Shown here piece by piece: positions 15,410-37,529 of a stretch of DNA of 64,000 nt. A program made the translations under genes and the position numbers. Each line of letters starts with the position of its first letter. Positions within the stretch are counted from its first letter, which is position 1. The stretch lies in NCBI RefSeq assembly GCF_009914755.1, contig NC_060927.1, one strand, 5' to 3'. This stretch comes from the human T2T-CHM13v2.0 reference genome, Homo sapiens. The notes under the pieces were generated by a model, which ran no database searches, was not told the DNA's origin, and worked only from the letters and a program-made list of their open reading frames with translations.

Positions 15410-15416
15410 AAACGTT

Positions 15417-15422
15417 TTTATT
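15417..15422 (-). terminator. WDR5B: Candidate distal poly(A) signal of WDR5B
   Basis: tttatt on + (AATAAA on -); another at 15899-15904. Confidence 0.5.
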
Positions 15423-15866
15423 ACAAATATTACATTAAACTAAAGCTCACAACTGTTACTATGCATCAGGAATTAACAGTCATTTCTCATTTGTGTTATT
15501 CTCCTATTTGATAACATATAGTGACTATCTCTTTATGGGTTAAATATCAGTTTCTTGGCCAGAATTCAAGATCTGCCCCTAACTAATCCTACTTCTCCCA
15601 GTACCCTTACAGCACTCCTACCCTACTAGTAACTCTGATATCTCATAGTCCTCAGATTTATCAAGCAAACGAAACTGAATGAGCACTACTATAAGGTACC
15701 ACAAACTACAAAAGGAGACAGTTTTGCCCTTGTTGCTTTCAGTTAAATTATTGTGCTATTTTTTGCTTAATTTCTAGGTTTTTTTTGCGTGTTTATCATG
15801 TCTCCGTAGGTAAAGTGGCCAGAAATCTTTTTCTACTTTACATTTCCTGTAAGTGCTGTTTGTTTG

Positions 15867-15872
15867 AATAAA
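15867..15872 (+). terminator. FAM162A: Candidate distal poly(A) signal of FAM162A
   Basis: AATAAA followed by GT/T-rich sequence. Confidence 0.5.
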
Positions 15873-16734
15873 GTTAATGTGTGAGGTTACGGTTACTTTT
15901 TATTTTTAATCAACATGATAGTTTTGGGAATTTATTACTAAAATTTATCAAAGCAGGCAAGGAATGAAGTTGTATCCTTCACTGTCAAACATTACTTGAG
16001 TCCCTTTACTACACAAAAAAGCCAAAGAATACAAGAATACAGAGACATACTTCCTGATTCCACAGAACTCATAATCTGGAAGCACAGCCCATGAAAGCAT
16101 TTCAGTACAAACTGGTAAATAATAGGGACAGGAAAACCTAACTAACTCAGCTGTCAGCTGTGGTTGCAGGCAGGCCGGCAGTGGATGGTTCCTTCAGTGA
16201 TTTCTGAACTGAGTTTGAAGCATGGGCAGGAATTAGTAGGTCAGACACAGAACAAAAGAAGAGCAGTCTTCATCAGACATTTAGCTTGCCTGAAAATCAC
16301 AAGCACAATCTAAAAAGGTAGTGAAAGGTCCTTGAGAAACACCATTTATAATGTTGTTTTGGTTTTTGAAATTTTTAGACTCTTAGAATGAACCTAACCT
16401 TGGCGTATTTTTCCGGTTTTTTTCTATGGACCATTTCATATCCCATCACACAGAATATTACCAAAAGTGTGCAGGTAGCATCTGCCATGTCTCTCCAGTC
16501 CTCCACCAGCATCCCAGGCTTATGCACTTGTTCATCTGATCTCCCAAACCAGAAACCCTGGAATTATTTCAAATTCCCTTGCTCCCCTCTTTTAATCAAT
16601 CATCCTGTCCTGTCAACTTTACTTCTAAATATTTCTCAAATACACTGATCCTCTAGGATAGTCACTGAGAGGAATGAGAAATTGTCCAGTGACAGACAAA
16701 TGAAATTATTAATAGGCCTCAAGATTAGAAGTCA

Positions 16735-17885
<1,151 letters not shown>

Positions 17886-18090
17886 GTTGCTCAAAAAAGA
17901 TTGGTAGTCAGAAGCTGAATTCTAGATGTGCTTTTTCAACTATCTCATTTTGTAAATGTAGTGTATGAATCTCAAAATTTAACAATAGACAATTTTTAAA
18001 ATACCAAACTGCCAAAATTAAAAGAAACTGTCTTTTTAAATATCCAAGTTTTTTGGCCAACTTGGCTCTACTACTTGATTTTCAAAGGGA

Positions 18091-19233
<1,143 letters not shown>

Positions 19234-19399
19234 TTAAACTGTGAGACGGAATCAGCAGCACGGCTTGGACTTCAAGTTTTCATCTTTTTGTTAAGTACTT
19301 GAGAAATACTGTTAGAAGGATCCTGTGCGCTGTCAGCAAGTAGGACACAAATGTTCGGCATTCCGTTAATACATAAAGCCTTCAAAGCAGGGGCGACGC

Positions 19400-20120
19400 G
19401 AGGGGCACTCTCTACAGAAAGTATTCTTTCACCGCCGCCCCCCTCCCCAGGTCGAAATGTTTCGGAATGCTGAGCAGCCCTACCAGTCAGGCTAGGTACT
19501 TGAAGATGAATGAACCGCCGCTTTTAGCGGATTTCAGAAGCTAAAAGCCTACGAAGCCACCGAAACTGGAAACTCTGGCCTGTCGGCTACTTTTGCACGT
19601 ACCAGCAGGTGTGCACTGCCGCGTCAATCTCCAACAAAGCCGGAAAAGCAGCCTGGCGCATGTGCAAAGGAAGTCCCTCCTACCACTACCGAGCCGAGAT
19701 GACCAATGGGAGACGGCCATCTGCGCCTGCGCAAAAAAGTCGCCAATGTTCATTTCCGGTCTTTTTCGCCCCGCCCTTCAAATGCGAAAGCGACTGCCTT
19801 CTTGGGTGAGTGCATTAGCTGGGTAGGGTCTGTCCCGGACCTAACTGGATAGTGTGGGAAGCAGTGGATCGTTGTTTCAAAAACCATTTCTTTTTGGAAA
19901 TTATCACAGAGAAGGACTAGATTTGCGGATGCCTACCTTAGCTGCAGGCTTAGGCCCACACCTGACGCGTAAGCTGCCTAAACGGCAGCTAACGTAGATC
20001 CACCCAGACGCCGGAAACGGGGGAAGCTCCTGCTTTGCTTGGGTTCCGCTCCCTCCTGTTTGTTGTGGTGTGGAGCCAGGTGGCATGTGTGGCGATGGAG
20101 TCACGGGGCGGGTGACAGAA
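19400..20120. promoter_or_regulatory. CpG-rich bidirectional promoter of WDR5B and a divergent transcript
   Basis: CpG-dense; CCAAT (19703, 19743), YY1-like cggccatct (19714), NRF1-like tgcgcctgcgca (19722-19733), ETS tttccggt (19753), GC box gccccgccc (19768); + strand donor gg|gtgagt at 19806. Confidence 0.75.
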
Positions 20121-20369
20121 TTTATGCCAGATTGTAAAATTCCTGGTTTAAGTTTCCCCTGGAAAAGTTTCGTAAAGGTTAAGAAACGTGTCTGTTGAGG
20201 TCCTTTAAAAGCCGGTGCTCTGCTGGGAGTAACGAGCAAACGTTTGTTTTAGCATCTACGGCTTAAGCTTCCATAGAGAAGTCGGTATCTCAAAGTTGCT
20301 TGAAACAGAAAAGGACAAAGAGGTTGGTGGAATAGGGTAACGGATAAGGTTACTCTTAAGGAGGTTTTA

Positions 20370-20568
<199 letters not shown>

Positions 20569-20651
20569 GACTTTTAAACAATAGGTTTACCAAAAAACTG
20601 GAAGGCCTACTAGTTTCTCCAACCTGTTGTTGCTCAGTAAAGAGTGCCCGA

Positions 20652-20939
20652 GGCCGAGCACTCACGCCTGTAATCCCAGCACTTTGGGAGGCCCAGTCGG
20701 GCGGGACACTTTAGGTCGGGTGTCCGAGACCAGCCTGACCAACATGGCGCAACCAATACTGCTAAAAATACAAAAATTAGCTGCGCGTGATGGCGCACGC
20801 CTGTAGTCCCAGCTACTCAGGAGGCTGAGGTGGGAGAATGGCATGAACCAGGAGGTGGAGGGTGCAGTAAGCTGAGATTCCACCAGTGCACTCCAGCCTG
20901 GGCAACAGTGAGACTCCGTCTCAAAAAAAAAAAAAAAAA
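20652..20939 (+). mobile_element. Alu
   Basis: Full Alu, TSD aagagtgccc. Confidence 0.92.
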
Positions 20940-21904
20940 GAGTGCCCAAGAAAAGCAGAAAAAACGTGGCTTAAAAGATTTTACTGGTGGCTGGTCACGA
21001 TGCAAATGTCTCATCAGCGTCAAGAATTTAAAAGCACTTGGAAACAATGGGTATCCTATTGTATACTTATTAGGGATAATTGAAAGTCTTGGCCTTTATA
21101 AGGCACAACAGGCACCGTTAGGTCACCTGTAATAAACCGACTGTAGTTAAAATATCATTACTTTAAGACCCTACCAGTCTAGGGGGAGATTTAAATAAGA
21201 ATTGGACAAATACTTTAGTCTTAGCTAGTGCATATTAACTGTATAAACACAGTGAGGTAGTCCTGAGAATGAAGACTCTAAAATGGTTTAGAGTATTTAT
21301 TTCTATACATTAAATTACAACGGTTTTTAGCTATTAAGGTCTCCATGGACCTCCCCTTGTTAACACTTTTAGAAATTTTTTTTCCTTCAGCATATCTTAA
21401 AGTTCAGTTCTAACTAAACCCTGCTGCTGCTTTTCTCTTCCCATTAGCCTGGATTAGTGATTTTTGCTGAGAAGTTTAGAAACTGCACCAATTGAAAACT
21501 ATTTCCATTTTTATTAACTCAATAAAAGGTAACGTAAAAGCCCCTTGGAGCACAGGAGCAGAATTTAATCATTGTTTCAAATAATTTAAATCTGCATTTT
21601 CCAGTAACTGTTGTATGCACTAGAAGAGTAAAATTTAAGAATCGTGAACACTTGACATGAAGGCTAGGATAGGGTATTAGTGCTGGAATATATTTAGCCC
21701 ACCACAGCTATCACAAGCAAGAGAGAGGGGGGGACACAATAAAGGATGTGTTGATAGGAAGATCCGGAAGTTATTTTTCTTCAGATTTTCCTAAAATCTG
21801 AAGAAATTCCTATTAACAAAATCCATTTCTTGATGTCTGGGATTTGTTTACAAATAGCATTAGGAACATATGCAAACAAAATCAAGGCTATGAATATAAC
21901 TAGG

Positions 21905-22197
<293 letters not shown>

Positions 22198-22499
22198 GAA
22201 TATAACTAGTTATGTTCTATTGTTTATTCATTCATGTTCTGATATTAACATGTAGTCCTAACATTGTAGTCCTTAGGAAATTAGAACTAAGATTTTCAGT
22301 TTACTTGCTTGGGAGGATCAGCGACATTTCGGTGCAGGAGCACGGAATACTGATACAGGTAAATCCGAAGTGGCAGAACAGAGATTTGCATTTTGGGTTC
22401 CTTATTTATTCATTTATGAGACGGAGTTTTGCTGAATACTGATACATGTAGGTAAATCCAAAGTGGCAGAATAAGAGATACGCATTTTGGGTTTCTTAT

Positions 22500-23020
<521 letters not shown>

Positions 23021-23996
23021 ACCAAGCAAAATTTCTTACATGGTCTCATTAACAGTTTCTATTTCTGCTGCCCTTAATCTTTACCATCTAAGTGCTTTGG
23101 AAGTTTCCTCCCTACAGAAATCAACTAGATTTCTTTAAATTTCCCAGACATCTTAGAAATGAAAGTCTCTTATCTTAATATAGTTTAAAGGTGTGTTTCC
23201 CTTGCCCCTCAGTATTGTAAATATCTAAACAGATGTGTTGCCACAAATGGGGCAATTTTTAAATTTAAAAACAATTTTTTTTTTGTATGTGTGCTGGACC
23301 AAACCGTGGCATGGGAGTGATTCCCACATTAAGGAATGTCTCAACATCCTTCATAGCAATTCTTGACTACCAAATCCAGTCTCAATATCAAGCATTAATA
23401 GAACTATGTATACCTAGTTGCTTAAGACCATTAGCCAATGTATGAAAATCTAGTTGGGCTTTATAAATATGGAGTGGCCACGTAACATTATCTAAACTGG
23501 GACATTTTTAAAAGTGAAAGGGGGCAGTAAAATAATTCACAGGTGTTAGCTGATCTCCAAATGTAAACTGGGGCTGTGCCCAGCAGACACTACTTTTGAC
23601 TTCCCAAGAGGACACTCCTCATAATCGTAACTTAATCTTGCAACCATTTCACACTCTGGTAGTTTACACCTCAGCCTGCGCAGGTCTCTCCCAAACCTGG
23701 TACTGTTCTCTCACCACCCATTACGGTCTTTTGCGTTTCTGTTTTCTCCTTACCCATCACTGTATCTTAATAATGCCCAGCCCAAGTGATGGGTAAAGCA
23801 GTGATCCTTATTGAGGACTCCCAGCGGACTACATTGGCCTTCTGCAGGTTAAGTGGATATGAATAAGAATGAGTAATTTTACTTTCTGCAAAAAAACACA
23901 GACATGACTGTATATTAATTTAAAATTAGAGAAAACAATGACTCCTTCAAAATGCAAGTGAAATGGGGCAACAATCATTCAAGCTATCTTTAATAA

Positions 23997-24331
<335 letters not shown>

Positions 24332-24608
24332 TAAACCCAGTAATTTTGTACGATTTATAAAACAATGTAGTCTGCAGGAACTAAGGCTATGTTTTGCCTC
24401 AAATGTTCTTTGTTTTCAGAATAAAATACTTGGTCAGTGGAATCTCTTCAACAAAATAGAAGAGAAGCAGTCATGGAGTGAAGAAATAAATCATCTTTGT
24501 TTCTACTCATCTGTCACTTATGCAATACATACAATATGTAAAAAGGAAAAATCCCTGTGTAATAGCCTAAGGCAACCAGCAGCTTCCACGTCGGTTGGAT
24601 ATTAATAA

Positions 24609-24996
<388 letters not shown>

Positions 24997-25359
24997 TAAC
25001 AATGTTTGATTTTGTAAACTTCAGGTCAAATCATGTCTTCTGAAAAGTAACTGCATATAAAACACGTTGAGACATTTGCTTAAGATGTTGATCCTGGTTT
25101 CAAGTAACAGCATAAGGGAATTCCTTTGAATTTTCTTTTATCAAGCACCCTTTACTAACATCACAAAGATGCATGCATATTCCTTCATTTAGTATTTATT
25201 GAATGTCTACTATGTGCAAGGCACTCACCCATGGCCTGACAGACCACATTCAAGTACAAAGAATCATTAGAGCCATTCCAAATCTAAGTGTCAGAACACT
25301 TTGAAGCAGGATGTAGAGTGGTCAGAATGACTTGAGGTAAAGCAGAAACACTCAACAAC

Positions 25360-28300
25360 CAGTACATTAAAAGGTGATTTTAATTTTTGACATTCCTTGG
25401 GATGATATTCCTTTAGGAAGAAGTAGACTGTGTTAAATTCGCATCCATGGCACTGCTTCCTGAGGCAGTAATTCTTCAAAGCCTTTCCTTCCGTGTCAAT
25501 ACTTTCCACATTTGTGTGTTTGAATGGATCCATGTGTTTAGCCATTATTTTACTAAACACAAAATCATTTGCACAAAAAAAAAAAAAAAAAAAACCTATT
25601 ACCATACTTGTCTGGTCATACAGAATTTTAGCACCACAGAAGAGGAAAGATGTTTGGCCTGAGAGGGCCTACACTCCAGTCTGTGTAACCTAAAAGCAAC
25701 TTAAGCCTGATTTCGTCATTTTAAGGGTGCTGATGGTAAGCAGGAGTCAGGAAGAATGGTCTAACAAAAAAGGCTGGCCCAGCTGTGGTTGCCAAGTCTA
25801 GTTCTGGGAGATCCTGGGCACGGAACTACTGCGTGGCCACTGCTTTCTTCAAGACACAGAATTTGCAGGGCTCTTCCCCGCCCTTGGACAGCCATCTAAG
25901 TGTTGTAACCTTGGGGCAAAGTAATTTCTCGTAAGTCTTCACTTTGTCATCTATAATATAGTGACAATTATCAAAGAACATTTGGAAGACTACATGAGAA
26001 AAAAGGAAAGCCCTTAGCCAGGTATCTGGTGTACAATAGATGATCAAATAAAGACATGTTACCTTAATTTGACCTACAGGGAAAACACTCTGGGACTTCG
26101 TTTACCCTTAGTTGAAAACAGAACGGAACACTTCTTTTCTTTCTTCTTACCCCAAGCTTCCAGATGTATTTTATGTCCAGTAGCAATTTGATATTTTAAA
26201 TTAGCATATAAATATTTGCTTTATCAGATATTCTGATGTCCTGGTATCCATTGTTATAACCTGTATATAACCTGTAATCCTGAAGTGCTGGGATTACAGG
26301 CATGAGCCACCACATCCGGCCATAAACCCAGTAATTTTGTATGGCAGATAAAACATTTTATGGAATATTCTTTATGATAGCCAACTTACTGTAGTAGTCA
26401 CATCTGACCTTTGATAATTTTTTTAAATTAAGTTCTGATGACAGGAAAAGATAGACCAAAATATTTCCCAACCTGGCAGATATATACTTAATCTGTTCAG
26501 CTCACAACAGAGAGAAATGGTCATATTGAGATGGATAAAAATTCAGATTTGAGACTTCCATGTATATAGGCATACCTGTGTCTGCAAATGAGCACATTTT
26601 GGAACGTAGGAGTTAGCATACAGTATGAAAGTTGAAAGCAAACAATGCTGGTTTCTAAAAGTGGATCCCTTTTCTTCACTGAACATCATCCTTAGACACC
26701 ACAATTTCCAATATACTTAAAAACCATCAACCCCTAAAAAGTTATAATGATTTGCCTATTGATATAAAAATTTTCACAAAACTAGCGAGAAAGAAAAACC
26801 CCTTGACTCCAGGAAAACCTTTTCATAACGCATCCCCCAAGTTGGGGGATTAAATCGCTGAAATGTTTATTTAGCACTAGAGAAGTAAATTCAAAGTTGC
26901 CTGTGGGTAGACGTACAATAGAATTGGTTGACAAAGTTTGGTTTATAAAATATACTTACATATTGTTTCTTAGGCAAAAATCGGCAGCAATCTGGAATAA
27001 TTCAGATTTTTTATGAGATTAATTGCCAATCTTTTTATCTGTGACGATAATGCCAAAAATGACTCAGAGCCAATAACCTTCATCTGTCATATGGAAGAAA
27101 CAATCCTAGGGCAATAGTTTTTTCAAAAGCGGAACTGACAAAGATAAGCGTTTAAAAGGGTCTTGATCAATTAGTTACAGGAACATGAAAGAAAGTGTTC
27201 CACAGAGAACTGTGTCTCCTAAAATCTCTTTCTTCTATCATCTACCTTACCCAAAATTTCTCAATCCAACCACATCTACCTGCTGGTCCATCAGATACCA
27301 GATGCCTTTACATCCAAAATTCTCTTAATGCTTTTTTTCCCCCACCAAAGTTCTCATTACAAATAATATAGATTGGAAGTTTGGAGGATGGAGGGGAATA
27401 AAAAGGAAAAGTAAAACAAAGTCACTTTCCCCAATCCATATATAAAACTACAAAAGAGTTTTCCTGTATTGAAATTAACATGCTTTTGTAATGAGCAACG
27501 CCTTAGTGGTAGGGTATTCAGTGAATTTAAACTAAGTTAACAGAATCTGAGAGGCAAAGAACTAAAAACAGGATATACAGTTACCCCTTAAAATGTCATT
27601 TCTGTTACCAAAAAGCCTGCTTCAGTACCAAGTTCCAACATATCTGAGTTATGCTACTTCACTTTTAGCCAATTCCAACTTTGATACTTTAAGAAAAAAT
27701 CATTTTATTGTTAAAAAAGAAAAAAAAACTTAGATCTTATAGTTCATGAACTTCTAGGACAAGATAAATTCCTCTGTTTTAGACACAAAATAGATCACGT
27801 CAGTTAAATAGACTTTGTTTTAATTCACTCACTGAAACATCTCCAACTACTAGCAAAAATTCCGAATGTCTGAATGCACACTACTCTTCCTAATGTGGGG
27901 AGACAACTGTGTGCTTTGTATCTTTCCCACTCAAATTGGCTTATAAAATGAAATTATTTTAACTATCCAATGGAAGGTACATAATTTAAAACATCCTATA
28001 GAAATGACATGTTACTAGTAATTTACAATTTTAAAAAACAGCCACAAAAAAGTCAAAGCTAAAAACAAGATTTTTACTATGAATCAGTGCTTCTATTATC
28101 CTTCTGAAAGAAGTTATATTTTAATGTGATGTAAAGGCAACATTGAAATTTCTTCTTTAAATTAACCACCTAATTTATCCCTAAAATTACAAAGAATCAG
28201 TCTTTTACAGGTCAAGTGCAGTAAACTAAAATGTTCTCTCAGCACAAAGCAGCACTAGAAAAAGTAACAGTTATAGATGGGAGTTGACTAGTTTTGCAGT

Positions 28301-30214
28301 GGCTGCGCCATCAATAACAAACAGACATCAGACGGTATCCATCCCAGAGCACAGACACTACTACAGACTAGATGCGAAGAATGCGTCACACTCTTGGCTG
28401 ATAAATGTCCTTTGTCTTTGACTCTTTCTAGTTTGAATGAAGTGGATTTTTTAAAAGTTTAAATCAGGTCACATAAGTTGGCTGCTTAAATAACATCATG
28501 ATGAGGTATGAAAAGCTCTGAATATCCCTTACATTCAGCAGGATTTACCAGAGATGTATAATAGCTTGTCAGGGGCAACTTCCAAATAGTTTTTACACTT
28601 TGGGGTTATAATGAATTCTAGAAGAGGACAAGTCTAAAAAGGTTTAAAAGGGTATGCTCTGAAACAGAGGTGAGCAACCTTTTCCTTCAGAATTCACTTT
28701 GAACAGCACATCAACAAAAAAATCTTCTCTGGTAGTGTATCCCAACATTGAGTCAAGATGGCCAACTAGCACCGAGAAGTCGTATTGAACTCATTTGCAG
28801 TTGTCTTGGCAATTAAGCGTATTTTTTCATTCCAGTCCAAGCACAAATGTGGATCACTGAACACAGTACTGGAAGCGCCATTTGCAGGTACAGATTGCAG
28901 TCATCATTAAATGAGCCAGAAGGCAGATACTGTTTTTATTTTGTGTGGGGGGAGGGGGAAGCGGCACAGTACTAGCAGGAGATGAAATAAAATGATTAGG
29001 AAACAATGAGGTTATAAGATCACTGTTCTTATTTGGGTTAAGCAGGTCATGTTGAGAAGATGGTTATTTCTTTCAGATAAGGATGCTACATTAAAGGAAT
29101 CGTGTGCAGCATGAAAAGATTAGAATCGAGCTGCACCTAAGAAAAAAATCCCAAAGTTACTTTCAAAAGTATGTGTTATCTGCCAGTCACAGAGGGGAAA
29201 AGCACCTAGGGTGAACTCCAATTTTTTAATGAGGACCTTGATCAGGACCACAAAGCCTGAAACATTTATTTTAATGCAGAAACACAGCCCCTAGTTACAC
29301 TGATTGCATTTGGGAAAATTGGAGGGTTTTTTCTTCCTTAGTTTTTTTTATTAAATTACAGGATATGGTTTTCGATTACTAAGTATTCGAAATCCTCATA
29401 CCAGCAACAGAAATGAACCACTTCCAAATTCTAAGACACAAAAGACCAAAGAGAAGCAAAAGCGATACAAATTAATATGTGCCCCTCTCCTTTCTGCTCT
29501 AAGGGAATCTACAAACCAGTATCACATTTAGGAGTCAAAGTGTTAATTCTTCAGCATTCCTGACAACTAGAAAGCACATTCACTGAAGGCTGAAGGTGAG
29601 GGAGTGGATGGTTTAACTTTAATATCTGAAGAATGGCGCCAATAGAGGAAAGAAAACCATCCAATCTCAGTAAGGATTAATGCAAATCTGGCTAGAAAAA
29701 GCCACTAGGTAATCCAAGGGTTCACTGTGGAAGAACTCATGAAAAGTACTCTGAAGTATACACAACAGGTCTAAACATCTCCCTTGTCGTTAAGTAGTTG
29801 TGTAAAATTCAAGATAAAGATTTAGTCTCATCTTTTAATGTCAGTTTTTTCCCCCATGTTAAAGGGAATGAGGAGGAGTCCTCTTTTATTCCCCCACAAG
29901 AAAAAGGGAGCCACATTAATATGTGTATATTCCCATAACTCTAATGTAAGTGCGGATCTCCAAAGCCTAGGGATTTTTCCGTAAAAGAGAGTGGGCCGTT
30001 CTGGTTACCCTTTTATTAGAAGGGTATTCCACCACAGAGAGCCGGAGGTTTTCCAGATGTGTGTAAGAGAGCAGGTGCGCAAGGCAAGCAAATGAGCGCA
30101 AACAGTATTATGGAAAACATTTGAGAAGTTAGCTCCATGAGGACTGTGGGCTCCACAAGAGGACTCGACTGGGTAGCCTGGTCTGACACAGGAACGTGAA
30201 AGCAGAGTATTGCT
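25360..30214 (-). other. KPNA1: KPNA1 long 3'UTR (distal end approximate)
   Basis: Repeat-poor AT-rich stretch after the stop; several minus-strand poly(A) hexamers (29347, 29265, 28935, 27704, 26866, 25379). Confidence 0.6.
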
Positions 30215-30402
30215 TCAAAGCTGGAAACCTTCCATAGGAGCCTCACACTGTTGGAAGATGTACTGCTGCTGGTTAAGGTCAACCTGGGGTGCAATGCTGC
30301 TGTCTTCATCTTCGGTCCCGAAGTAATGCTCAATAAGATCAAAGGCCTTTTGGTAGATCTCCTGGTTTTCATGACTCTGTAAGAACTCAATTTTATCCAG
30401 AC
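30215..30402 (-). CDS. KPNA1: KPNA1 (importin alpha-5) last exon 14
   Basis: [28 protein letters not shown]...EAPMEGFQL then TGA. Confidence 0.96.
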
Positions 30403-30767
30403 CTAAAATGAAGAATAAAGGAAAATCTTTATTGAAAACTTCAATAAATATTGGAAATTCCATAACTATATATTCCTAAACTATATTTTGTCATATATCT
30501 CTGTTCTTGATGTAAAGAAAGATTATTTGTATCTCATAAGTATTTTATAATAGCACAGAAATGACTGCTGGGATTACATCTGAAAGCTAGTATTATAAAC
30601 TGACATCTTAAATACATATGCAAGTAATATCCAGTCTGCAGAAGCAGCAATTTCCTAACAGTCCTCTTTTCATCCAGTGCCTAGCAGTAGTAGTATTGTT
30701 TTTACTGAACTCTATCTATGACCCAATTCATTCTTGGCCATAAACTTCTTCAACCAAAGCATCTTAC

Positions 30768-30946
30768 CATAAGCTTCTTCAATCAAAGCACAGTAAGGGT
30801 TAATGCCAGTGCCATTCCTTTTGGCTTCCTGTTCTCCAAGCCTCAGGATATTTTCCAAGCCATTTAGGGCAACCTGTACAATCTTAGAGTCCATGACCGT
30901 GAGGAGATCACAGAGCGGCTTGATACAACCCAGTTCTACTAGGTAC
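30768..30946 (-). CDS. KPNA1: KPNA1 exon 13
   Basis: [34 protein letters not shown]...IEEAY; ag/gt boundaries. Confidence 0.96.
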
Positions 30947-31689
30947 CTAAATACAAAGAATAATGTAGTCAAACAAAACTTTTAATTTTGTTAAACTTAT
31001 GAAATTAGTGAGCAAGTCATCCTCAACTTCACTGCAGAGACTTAAAAAAAAAAACAAAAAACAAGCACTCTTTCAACCATACAAGCTATACCTTTTCACA
31101 AAACAAAAACAAAAAACCCTCTAAATAAATTATCCCAAACCAGTTCTCTGGCACCTTTCTCCATTCTTTTCTCTTCACAATTTATGCATTCCAAAAACAG
31201 GAATACTTACTTATTAATACCTTGAAATGAGCGACTCATCAAAATAGTATAGGTTTGAGTAATTTCATCTTTGTTTCCATAGATAGCCACACCTCTCAAA
31301 CATGACACTCTTGGTGCTAAAAGCCAGCACAAGCCTGATAAGCCAAATCTTTCAAAGATGATTAGAATTTTAGTAAAGTAAGTTGTGGGAAGAATAAACA
31401 AATGTCAGAGGATTCTAGAACTGGTATTTTTCCTTTAATTCAAGCAGAATGTATAACCGTATGTAATCAAGATTAATCATACTTGAACTTCAGAGACATG
31501 ATTACTGTATCACATTCACAGTAAATAGTCATGTCATTTTTTATCATTCTGGTTTCTCAAGTTGAGTACAGAGAGGCAGGGATAATGAATCCAGTTGCAT
31601 TATGTGAATGTTTGGTAAGGTCATTTTGAAACTTACTGCTAGTGCTAATCTATTTCTTTCTCACATATTGCTTTTTTGTGTGGGGGAGG

Positions 31690-34045
<2,356 letters not shown>

Positions 34046-34394
34046 ACTTTGTGTCACTCGTGAGCTTAGACAGGCCAAGTCTTCCCAATACCCAAGACTG
34101 AGGCTTTCATCCCAGTATTCACCAGTCGATTACTTAATCATCCTTGTGAAAGAACGACCTATAGCAAGACTGACCTGCCACCTCCAAAAACACTGCATTC
34201 TCTCACTTTTCCTCATGCTATTCTCCCCTCCAAAATTGCCAATTCTCTATACAAATAGTAAGTTTCACTTCTTTGATGAATGTTTCTCTAATTTCAGTTA
34301 ATAATCCTTATCCTTCATTAAGAACATGTGTTATATATGTATTAACATTTGATTATATTCAACCTAAAATTCTAGATGTTTCCTAAAACATTCT

Positions 34395-36320
<1,926 letters not shown>

Positions 36321-36889
36321 AAGCTGCTACCAAGGGAGCCATTTAAGTCTTGAGCTGCTACAGCTCCTCCCTTTAACAAGAATACCATAGTACTTTAGAA
36401 GATACCTGCCTCTACTAAATTTGGCACTTCATTCTCAGACATACCACTCTTTCAATTCTGATCCAATTCTACTATTAAGACATCTAAACTAAAAAGGGCA
36501 AGAGTGAGTTATTAAACTTGGGCTCAAGTTCTACAAGTAACCTATATTACCCAAGATATTTCTGACAAGTAGCTCCAGAGTAGGTTGAAGCAAGGATTTC
36601 TATTGCCTCAAGCCTCGACTATGCCTACTTCTTATATCCCAGGATTGTTTTTCAGCAAAAAGAAATGGGAGAGTTATAAAGAATTAAATACACATCTAAT
36701 TATGACACCAAGGACAATTTCCTAAGGACTGGAACTAAACATTCTTATTTGGTAAGATCGTCTCTCACTTACTTTTCCCCTCAAAGGCAGCTAATCTTTT
36801 ACTCTAGGTAATATGTGGGAGGTTATAAAGTGATAGACACAATAATAATTTTTCTTTAACTTACAATATGCTGCCTGATTGGTACTTAC

Positions 36890-37017
36890 TTGATCTGTTC
36901 AGCTGATCCTCCAGAAGTTGCATTTGTGATGGCCCAAGCTGCTTCTTTTCTTGTCCGAAATTCAGCAGTTTGTAAAATACTAATGAGGGCTGGGAAAATG
37001 TTGGCATCTATCACAGT
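36890..37017 (-). CDS. KPNA1: KPNA1 exon 12
   Basis: [42 protein letters not shown]; ARM repeat. Confidence 0.96.
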
Positions 37018-37136
37018 CTAAAATTAAAGAAAAACTTAAATGGAAAAAACTGTGAGATTTATAAAAATATTCATGATACTAATTATAATTTCTAAGCTAG
37101 TTTGACTATTAACACCCCTTCTCCTGTCAGAAATAA

Positions 37137-37529
<393 letters not shown>

